A stretch of 64,000 nucleotides of DNA, taken from contig CM052817.1 in NCBI GenBank assembly GCA_028534125.1, forward strand, positions 108,378,001 through 108,442,000, given 5' to 3'. This stretch comes from Lama glama (taxonomy: Eukaryota). The notes under the pieces were generated by a model. That model was given only the letters and a program-made list of their open reading frames with translations, was not told the origin of the DNA and searched no databases. A program made the translations under genes and the position numbers. Each line of letters begins with the position of its first letter. Positions within the stretch are counted from its first letter, which is position 1. Shown in pieces: positions 27,201 through 36,970 of the stretch.

Positions 27201-28052
27201 TGATTTGCATTTCTTTGATAAGGTATCACCTTACACCAGTCAGAATGGTCATCATTAAAAAGTCCACAATGATAAATGCTGGAGAAGCTGTGGAGAGAAG
27301 GGAACCCTTCTACACTGTTGGTGGGAGTGTAGATTGGTGCAGCCATTATGGAGGACAGTATGGAAGTTCCTTAAAAAACTAGAAATAGACTTACCCTGTG
27401 ATCCAGCAATCCCACTACTGGGCATATATCCAGAGAGAACTCTAATTTGAAAATACACCTGCACCCCAATGTTCATGGCAGCACCCCATACAATAGCCAA
27501 GACATGGAAACAACCTAAACGTCCATCAACAGATGACTGGATAAAGCAGCTGTGGTATATTTACACAATGGAATACTACTCAGCCATAAAAAAGAATGAA
27601 ATAATGCCATTTGCAGCAACATGGACGTTCCTGGAGAATGTCATTCTGAGTGAAGTAAGCCAGAAAGAGAAAGAAAAATACCATACAATATCACTCATAT
27701 GTGGAATCTAAAAAAAAAAGAGAAAAAGAGGACACTAATGAACTCATCTGCAAAACAGAAACAGACTCACAGACATAGTAAACAATCTTATGGTTACCAG
27801 GGGAAAGAGAGGGTGGGAAGGGATAAATTTGGGAGTTTGAGATTTGCAAATGTTTGCCACTATATATAAAAACAGATTTAAAAAACAAAATTTCTTCTGT
27901 ATAGCACAGGGAGCTATATTCAATATCTTGTAATAACCTTTAATGAAAAAGAATATGAATATGAATGCATGTATGTATTTGCATGACTGGGACATTGTGC
28001 TGACACCAAAAATTGACACATTATAACTGACTGTACTTCAATTAAAAAAAAA
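27201..28052 (+). mobile_element. 5'-truncated L1 with a short inverted 5' segment
   Basis: [15 protein letters not shown]...[10 protein letters not shown]...YHTISLICGI, 3'UTR and A tail. 27201-27220 reads as L1 in reverse. Confidence 0.95.
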
Positions 28053-28235
28053 GAAACCAATCGTCCCAAGTGAATACTTTTTCTCCCAAGACAAAATAAT
28101 GAGCTGCGCTTTTGATAAAGCATTATTCTTGTGTTCAGTTTTTTTATTTATGAGTTCCAATTAATTCAACTCAGTTTCCTATACTTTCTTCATAAATGAT
28201 TGAAACCTAGGATCTGATTATTGCAAGTTTATGAA

Positions 28236-28398
28236 GGGGGAGGGTGTAGCTCAAAGATGGAGCACGTGCTTAGCATGCACGAGGTCCAGGGTTCAATCCC
28301 CAGTACCTCCATTAAAAAATAGTAAACAAACAAACATAATGATCTCCCAAATAAATAAATAAATAAGATCTATTGAAAAACTTTTAAAAAGAAAAAAA
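28236..28398 (+). mobile_element. Vic-1-type SINE
   Basis: ggggagggtgtagctc...gcttagcatgcacgaggtccagggttcaatccccagtacctcc; degenerate TSD aagtttatgaag / aaatttatggag. Confidence 0.9.
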
Positions 28399-28539
28399 AT
28401 TTATGGAGATGGAAATGATAGGGAGTTAGAACAATTTCACGCACAGTTTATTTTTAGTAAGAAAATTACTCATTAAGGCTGAAGAAATACCAGATAGCTC
28501 ATTTTTATTCTATTTTCCTATTAATAATGTTTTTCTGAT

Positions 28540-28922
28540 AATGTTCTGGATATCTACTATAGGTCAAACACTGTGTAGGCAACTGAAATATAAAAACTCG
28601 TAAGAAATAGTGTCTATACTACAGTGATCCAAGTAAGGGAAACAGACATATTTATAAACTATGGGTAAGTGTCACCACACAGGTGAGTAAGGACACCCTG
28701 AGATTGCACAGCCCAGACTCGGGGAACCATGATGTTTTCCCAAAGAAGATATTGGGAGGAGTCCTGTAAAATAATTAGAAGTAAACAGGATGAAAGTCCT
28801 TCGGGTGCAGATGTTTTTTCTAAACAGACAAACCAGGATGTATGCCGGCATGTGAACTGACTGTAAGCCCAGTCAGTAAGCATTCAGAACTACAGAATGG
28901 CCGGAGCATCCTCAGAAAATGT
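28540..28922 (-). mobile_element. Old L2-like fragment, left part of the element interrupted by the LRRC2 retrocopy
   Basis: Resembles the reverse L2 3' region. Similar L2-like sequence resumes at about 31659-31800 after the second TSD copy. Confidence 0.5.
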
Positions 28923-28940
28923 AAAAAGATAAAGCCAGAG

Positions 28941-31645
28941 CGGTCCACCTGGCATCTCTGGGCAGATGGCGGAGGCAACCATGGCTTCTGCTGCACATTT
29001 TAGAATAAAGGAAGAGTGGAACTTCGTGGCCAAGGAAAGGAGGAAAGGCAGCCCCCAGGCTGCGTACTGCAAGAACAGCTTCGTAGACACCAGCGTGAGG
29101 CTTCTGGATAAGATTGAAAGGAGCTCTCTCACAAGACAGAGTTCGCCTTCAAAGAAGAGAGGCAAACCCAGAAGTGAGTTCGTGTTTGAACTTTCGAGGG
29201 AGCACTGGAAGGCTGCTTGAAGAACATGAAGGAACCCAGTGTGAGTTTCAACCATCTGAAGAGCATTCCTCCAGAACTGGGAGATGGTGAAGACTTAGAG
29301 AAACTGGATTGTCCTGGAAATCTAGAATTAACCGAGCTCCCCTTTGACTTAAGTAATTTGAAGCAGGTTTCCTTCCTAGATATCTCAGCAAACCAGCTCT
29401 CCAGCGTCCCGGCCTGTGTCCCGCGGATGTCTAATTTGCGATGGTTGGACATCAGCAACAATAGCCTGAATGACCTGCCGCAAGACATGGACAGGCTAGA
29501 GGAAATGCAGGTCTTCCTCCTGTATAAGAGCAGGATGACCACCTTCCGCACGCCCTGCTTAACCTAAAGAAGCTCACCCTGTTAGTCAACCGCAGGGACC
29601 ACTTGGTGGAGCTCCTGACTGCCCTTTGTGATCCATCCACACCTTTAAAATTCATAAGCCTTATGGACAGTCCCACTGACAATACACAATGTCAAGATGG
29701 TGATGCAGTGATAGAAAGTGAACGAGATCGCCGGCATTTTGATAACGAATTTCTGAAAGCCTGTCTTGAAGATCTTAAAGAAAGAGAATCTGTTCCCAGC
29801 TATACCGCCAAAGTGTCTTTCATCCTTCGGCTTTGATACCATCCAGCAGAAGACTACGGAATCTTCCTGCCCTGAGAGGCCGTAAATCTTCATGTTGTGG
29901 GTCATGCCAGAGAGGGATAATAGCTTGTGCTTAAGGGCAAAGTCTAGAAACCACGGTCATAGTTAGGAAAAATGATTTTCACATTCAAGTATGTGAATAC
30001 CTCTTTCTATTAACTGGAGAATTAATTGATAAATGGGTTTATATATTGATATTTAGAAGTTTATTTGCATACACCTGTTTCTAAATAATATACATTTCGT
30101 ATTTTAGAAAATGTGTTTTTTTTAAAACTGTCACTTAAAGACCAAATTTTGAAGTTGATTGCATTGTTTTCAGGAATCCGGGGAGAAAGGGGCTGTGAAA
30201 AGAATATTGATATTGGACTAGTCAGATGAAAGTTTATTTTTAAAGAGGTTAATACATTTCTGTCTTTTGACTGGTAACAGCTTTCCTTGGGTTTGTTACA
30301 CAAATTGCTATTTTCACATGTTTTAAGTTATATTTTACAAGGGGTAGGCGCTCAGGAAAGGCTTTTAGGTGTATAATCTGGCCTTGAAGGTAGAAAGAAG
30401 GGCTGGATTCTCTGCCCGGGCACTGGGCTCAGATGGCGCGCTGGTGGCCCGAGTGGAGGAAGTGTGGGCCTGGCTGGTCACAGGAAGCCTTGCACGCCCT
30501 GCGTGGACCGTCAGGCTGCCCTGCGTGGGCACCGTGGGCGCCCCTCAGAGAAAGGAGCAGAGGTGGTGCTGCCAGGGCCCCATCCTCCAAGGAGGCCATG
30601 TAAGGTAGCGGGAGTGGCTAGTCCACGCTGACGTGGCACCCTTAGCCAGGCTTTGCTGCAGGAGAACTCTGCCCCTGGCCAAGATGCTGCGGCCCAGAGG
30701 GAGCTCATGAGACTGGGTTTACGTTTGGTAAAGAAGGGATTCATTACAGGGCTTTGGACTTTTCCACTGTGTTGTATGAATTGGAGAAATCATAAAAATA
30801 TGGATTTTTATACTATTATCTTGGGCTGAAATAATCAAGATTGTCCCTCTGCTGAAGTTTGTTTAAACAAGTAGCATTTGTGATGGAGAAGGAAAAAAAT
30901 ACATATATTCACATAGTTATATATGAGTCAGCTCCCATATTGTCCAGCCAAGTGCTGTCTGATGGAACTTCCTACAGTGACAGAAATGTTCCACATCTAT
31001 ACTGTCCAATTTGGGAACCACCAGATGCATGTGCTTCTTGAGCAATGCCTGGTATGACTGAAGAAGAATTTTTAATTACATTTAAATTTAAGTAGCCAAA
31101 GGTAGCTTTCATATTGGATAGCACAGATCTAGCCAGTTGGGTTTTTTGGAAGTTAATCTGCGCTAGAAATGAAGGGTGATTTTTGTTTCATTTCTATTTT
31201 CTTACCTGAAGAACTAGCCTAGCAGACCCCAAGAGGGGTTAATATTGACAACCAATATTTTGCCTTGATTGGCTTAATCATAATTCTAAATATATCATCC
31301 TCAATAGACATAAAATAAGCAGAACATTTTAAAACACGGTGATGCTTCAGTAGAGCGCTGCTTCAACTTGACCTGCTTTTCGGAGTTAGTTTTTAAGAGA
31401 TGAAATGAGTAACAAAATGAGAAATCACTTTAATTGAATTTTTCTTTTTAACACATTTAAAGTATTTACATTTAGTTATACTACATGAGTGAATTTGGAA
31501 TTTTATTTCATGCCAAGGTATATGTCACATGCAGCCAAATGGAAATATCTGAAAAGGGGGGAAATAAGGGCTTTCACATAAATTGGCAGTCCATAAGTTA
31601 TGTAAAATTTCAATAAAACCAATCTTTTGTGCAAAAAAAAAAAAA
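28941..31645 (+). pseudogene. LRRC2: Processed pseudogene (retrocopy) of leucine-rich repeat containing 2
   Basis: Intronless match to recalled LRRC2 protein: [15 protein letters not shown]...FELSREHWK (29005-29211), [24 protein letters not shown]...LLYK, and [10 protein letters not shown]...[19 protein letters not shown] (stop 29834-29836). Frameshifts at 29211/29212 and about 29540. About 1.8 kb of 3'UTR, AATAAA at 31612-31617, A-tail at 31633-31645, and direct repeat AAAAAGATAAAGCCAGAG at 28923-28940 and 31641-31658. Confidence 0.96.
30950..31130. mobile_element. MER3-like hAT-Charlie fossil inside the retrocopied 3'UTR
   Basis: agtgctgtctgatggaacttcctacagtgacagaaatgttc...atattggatagcacag follows the recalled MER3 consensus. 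Confidence 0.75.
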
Positions 31646-32193
31646 GATAAAGCCAGAGAGGTGAGCGCAGGTTATGAAGAACATTAAACCACCGGCTTAA
31701 GGTCTATTTTCATTTTATTTAGAAGACGATCAGAGTCATTGAAGATTTTAAGTAGGAGATAAAACCACGACCAGATTTACATTTAAGAAGTACGGTTAGC
31801 AAGAGAACATGTTGATTTTGAATTGTTTCCAAACATGAAAGAATGTCGTTAAAATAGATGAAGCAAGCAACATAATGAATTCGCACTGAGAGTAAATCTC
31901 TTTCAAAGCAACAGATTGTGATCCCAAAATAGCACACCATTGTCATTTCACTTTTGTGCTATATTAGTTCTTTCAGGTAATTTTCTTGAAATAGCTATAA
32001 AACTGAAGCAAGAAACTATTTATGGCATTTTTTTTAAGTTACATCTCTCCATTAACAAATTCTGTACAAAACTTGACCGTCAATCAGTCTTTATCCACAA
32101 TTGATAACTGGTTCTGTCCCAATTTAGGTGATTTTGTACCTAAATTTGTTTTAAATAAAAATGGTACTGGCATTAATGGAACATGATCTGAAT

Positions 32194-32194
32194 A

Positions 32195-32225
<31 letters not shown>

Positions 32226-32229
32226 GCGT
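32194..32229. repeat. Compound (CA)n(CG)n microsatellite inside an L1 3' fragment
   Basis: About 8-9 CA units directly followed by about 9 CG units. Confidence 0.95.
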
Positions 32230-33609
32230 GTTTATATAACTGCGTCACTTTGCTGTGCACCTGAAACTAACATAATACTGTAAATCAAATTTAAAAGCTG
32301 GTGCTGGCACAGAACAGCTGCTCTACCTCTGATCAATGTTATTCAGGAACTTTCACCTGTTCCGCAGGAACTGTAACCTGGGACGGCTGAGCCTCCGGCA
32401 GACCTGGTGCCGGAGCTGGAGCAGAAGGCAAGCCCATGCACGCATTCTGGCACCTTGCTTTCTGGCGTTGGGAATATTTAAAGACAAAGAAGAAGGACAC
32501 CTGTATCTCAGGCTGAATTTGGGGCTCCCCTCGGAAATCTTTTCCACTAGATTTACGAATTAAAGATTTGGTCTTCCTAAGTTTTGGAGAATCATCTAAC
32601 ACAAATGGGTCAGCATTGCTAGCTATTTAATATAAATCTCTGTCTATGGCTTTAGGAAATTTTCCAGATGAATCATACATCTGAGTTTGAAAAGATGCAT
32701 TGTCTTTTTTTCTAACAGAGAATATAATGATATGTATATAAGAGGACAAACATATAGAAACAGATAAATACAGTACTTGAGACTTGAGCCTATGCCCCTT
32801 GAAAAATTATGGGGTTTTTGTTTGTGTTTTAGTGTGTTTTTAAAGGAAATATAGGAATTCCAGGAATAATTCTTACTTTATTGGCATTCCGTTTTGGTTA
32901 GTATAATTCCTGGGGAAAAATCTGGGCGATTGATTGGGTTAATTGTTTCCATTTGAAAACCAAGACAAAAGAGGTCTCATCCAGATGCCAAATCAGGTAC
33001 AGTGTTACTGACGGAATCACTCAAAACAGAAGAGGTTTTATTAGACTCGCAAAAAGAGTATGTTTCAGATTTTACAATAGGTGGCATTTAGGGCCGTTTC
33101 ACTGGTTTCATTAAGAACCCATAAGTGTTGTTTTCAATAAATTTGTGGCTCTAAATGGGAATTGATCAGGAAGATGAGAAAAGCCAAGAAGGAGGACGTG
33201 TGTTCAAACTGAAGGAAGTCCTAAGAAACTGGAATGTCAACATGTGAATAAAGCCCAGGAAATTTATGTGATTCCCATTGTGTTTTTTTTCTCCCATTGT
33301 TTTTGAAGCAATATTTTTTATCATCACCACATTGACAAGTAGGCCAAGATATAGTTCAAGAAGTAGGCCTCTTCATTTTCACAGTTTATCAGGAGAATAT
33401 TATTTTGTGAATAAGTAGAGCAGTCTGGATTTGAGAACTTCACCTTGGCCAGAAGCAAAGTAATAATTGAAGAGTTTTTCTAATACATAGATGTATTTCT
33501 TTAGTTCATTCAAATGTGAGGATCCCTTTTACCTATAAGGGATGAAATATTAAAATTTCTTCAGCGTTCTCCAAGCCCACATTGCTGTATTTAAATGGAC
33601 TCAAATACA

Positions 33610-33750
33610 GGGGAGGGTAGAGCTCAGTGTTAGAGCATGTGCTTAGCATGCACGAGGTCCTGGGTTCAATCCACAATGCCTCCATTAAAATAAATTAAGT
33701 AAATAAATAAACCTAATTCCTCCCCCCAAAGAAATAAGTTAAAAAAAAAA
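33610..33750 (+). mobile_element. Vic-1-type SINE
   Basis: tRNA-Ala-like head, cctaattcctcccccc motif and A tail. Confidence 0.9.
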
Positions 33751-34559
33751 CCTCAATATAAAAGAGTTGCTTTGTCTAATTTTTGTTATTGAAGAAGATG
33801 GGAAAAAATTAATAACCAGCAGCACAATGTGATTGCAGCTCAGGGCAAAGCATAAAGCTCTTATCTATAGTGTCCCCTAAAAAGAGGACTGGCCAGGGGA
33901 CAGGAAGTCAGGAGAAGTGCCTCTTAAACTTGTGTCTTCTAAATAGAGCCACTCAACGCACAGGTCACGCTGCCAGTCCACGGGCTCCTGCCAACTGGTG
34001 ACAGAATTCACTTCTAACCTCTCACCACCTGGGTAAGGCATTTACCAGATAGGAGCAGGGAAATAAAAAATGAATTCTTAAAATAATACAAGAAGATACT
34101 TCAAACAAAAACTAGCAGAGAACAAAAAAAGTGTAAAAAATTTTAAGGCAGCAACAACATGATTTTGGTATGTTAAGAAAAGTTTAATAAAGGAAATTAA
34201 AAATAGATGGCTAACGACAAACCTTTAATTCAGGAAATTGAAGATCAGAATCCTCATGATACAAAGCAAGATGCTATGGAAGTTACAGGCTGAATTTCCT
34301 ATTCAGAGACAATAGTACCAGAATATCTTATGCTACAAAACTCTATTTCTTGGGACATAAATTTCCTATGGGCTATTAGTTAGGAAATTATTTTATAGAT
34401 GGGAATAATGAGTTCCAAGGAAGTAATGTGGCCCAGATTACATACCCAAGAAGTGCAATATTAGAAGGATTGACAGTTTGGAAACACACACACACACACA
34501 CACACGCACATTACCTGACCTAGATTACAGTTGAGAAACCTGAAGACAGGAGGGCGTCG

Positions 34560-35510
34560 CCTACGTGATGGGTCCCTGGATCTTTGTGGATCTGACTCCC
34601 CACTTCGGGCACATGGGTCTTATCAAGGCTTCCAATTCGCTAGCCACTTTGGCTCATCCGGTCCAATTAGCATCACGGCATGAATACCGTGGATCCATGG
34701 GTTGTTCTGTGGGTCATTCTGAGGACATGGGTCTCCTGGGACCACATCTGGGCAGAGCAAGAGGGCAAACACAGCCCTGGCGCAAAGTTCTAAAGGGCTG
34801 GAAAAGTCTGGTCTGTTCCAAGTCCATGTCAGCTGTCCACAATCCTCTCTTCCAACTAGAATGGAAAAGAACAGGTTCCTCAAGTCCCCGGCCGTACAGC
34901 ACGTACCTGTGATTCTACTTGAGCAGGGACAGTCACCGCTGGCCCGGCAGCCACAGCTTGGATGCCACCTGGGTGGACGTGTCAGGAGTCAGCTTCCTCC
35001 TGCGGCCAAGCGGCAGGTGGGCCAGCTCTGAGTCGCGTGTCAGCATCTGCTTTTTTGAACACTCCTGGCAGGAGCCACTGTGACTTGGCTTCCCGCTTGA
35101 AGCCGACTCTGCGATGAAGATGGCTTTGCCAGACTTTTGTTCAAGGGTGCTCAGGGGAACCCACAGCTGGAGGAGAGAGACGGGAAATGGGGCTGGACGA
35201 GAGAGAAGCTGAGGTGTGATGATGTCCCAGCGAAATCCTCCCTCTTTGGACTCTGGACTCTGGACTCTGGACTCTGCAGAGAGGTCTGGAGCGGGGATGG
35301 CCTTTCAGAGTTGTCCCCGGTTGGGGAGAGGGGCTGGGCCAATGGGCCCCAGGGTGCAAGCTAACCCCAGAAGCAGCCGTGACCGTGATGGGCCAGTCTC
35401 CTCCAGCCACAGCGATCCCCAGAAACAGACGCCAGCGGGGAGCATCTCCACAGAGCACCCGGCGGCTAGAAGGATATGCCCTTCACTTTTTAAGGGAAAC
35501 ACAGGCTGCA
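34560..35510 (-). mobile_element. ERVL remnant: LTR16-like LTR (about 35080-35510) next to a decayed reverse-transcriptase segment
   Basis: Minus frame NLFFSILVGREDCGQLTWTW...PQNNPWIHGIHAVMLIGPDE, later KIQGP, aligns with recalled ERVL RT NAFFSIP...QFAFSW...PQDITLVHYIDDIMLIG...KIQGP. Confidence 0.8.
35248..35276. repeat. (GGACTCT)x4 tandem repeat inside the LTR16-like element
   Basis: ggactctggactctggactctggactctg seen directly. Confidence 0.95.
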
Positions 35511-35539
35511 CATAGGAGCACCTGCCGCTGTTAGATGAC

Positions 35540-36970
35540 AGTATGTGGGGCCACTTCCGGGCTCTCTATTCCGCTCCTTTGTTCAACTTCTCCGTCTTTG
35601 CACAGCTATCACATCATTTTAATTACTACGGCTTTATAATAAGTCTGAGTATTTGGAAGCATCCAGCATTGTTCTTCCAAGGATCATAAATTATCCCTCC
35701 ATTTATTTAGTCTTCTTTCATCCTAATAAGGATTTTAATTTCTAGTGTAGAGGCTTTGAACCTCCTCTGACAGATTTATTCCTGGATATTTGATGTCTAT
35801 TGGTGCTGTCGTAATGGTATGTTTTTCCATTTCCTTTTTTTGGTTATCTTGTTGATGGAATGCAAACGATTTCTGTCGATTGAACACATATGCAATAACT
35901 TTGTGACATTCAATTATCAATTCTAAACATTTGTAAACTCTTTATATTTTCTAGCCACAGAATGACTGTCTGTGAATAGCAATTGTTTAATTTTTTTCTT
36001 TTCCAATTATTCCGTCTTTTATCCATGCCTTATTTTACTGGCTTAATCTCCAGTACAGTGTTGAATGCTGTGTTAGCAATGAGCATCCTTATCTCATTCT
36101 TAATTTCAAGGAACATCTCTTCAGTATGTCACCATCGTGAAAGCTGCTTGCCCTAGGATTTTTCAGATATTCTTATAGACTACTTAGAGGTTAAGATACT
36201 TCCCTTCTCTTTCTAGTATACCCAGAGTTTTTCATCAGGAGAATTAGTTAGCATTAGAATCAGTTGAATTTTGTCAATTGATTTTTCTTTTTCTTTTTTC
36301 CTTTTATCCATTTATTATTAATTTTTAAAAATTTTTTATTGAAGTATTGACATAGTTACAATGTGTCAGTTTCTGGTGTACAGCACCATGTCCCAGTCAT
36401 GCGTACACAGACATATATTCATCTTCATATTCTTTTTCATTAAAGTTTATTGTAAGATATTGAATACAGATCCCTGTGCTATATAGAAGAAATTTGTTTT
36501 TTAATCTACTTTTTATACGTATGATTTTTCTAAACCTATCAAAATCGTCATGTGATTTCTCTCCCCTCCCCCATCTTTTTCTTAGATTGGTAAATCACAC
36601 TGGTTTCTCAGAGTTTAACTCTGCACATGGGCAGACCCTACCTGACGTCAGCACGTGTACGTATACACACACACACACACAAACACACTTCCTGAACTGG
36701 AAAGCACACATTTGATGAAGACTGTCTGCATCTATGTCCACAATTGGTCTGTAGTGTTACTTTCTTGTAACTTCCTTGTGGGAATTCCAAATCGATGGCT
36801 GAATGCTAGTATAAAAAGAACGAGGAACTCTTCCCTTCTTTCCGTTTCTTGGAAGAATTTATGTCTGATTGGTGTTATTTCCTATTTACTTTTCTTTTTT
36901 CAATTTTTGGCAAGATACACGAGTGAAGCTTTCCGGGCCTGGGGTTTTTACTGTGGGAAGGTTTTTTAAA
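35540..36970 (-). mobile_element. Old L1 ORF2 fragments with a younger L1 3' end nested at about 36330-36515
   Basis: Minus frame shows IKYPGINLSEEVQSLYT (ORF2-like). The nested piece is the reverse of the younger L1 3'UTR seen elsewhere in the window. Confidence 0.75.

Noticed and set aside
25730..27711. ORFs with [10 protein letters not shown] and YTMEYYSAIK motifs as host genes
   Set aside because: C-terminal fragments of truncated L1 ORF2 copies.
28966..29836. Functional LRRC2 gene or intact retrogene
   Set aside because: Homology is split over three frames, with the canonical N-terminus and an internal block missing.
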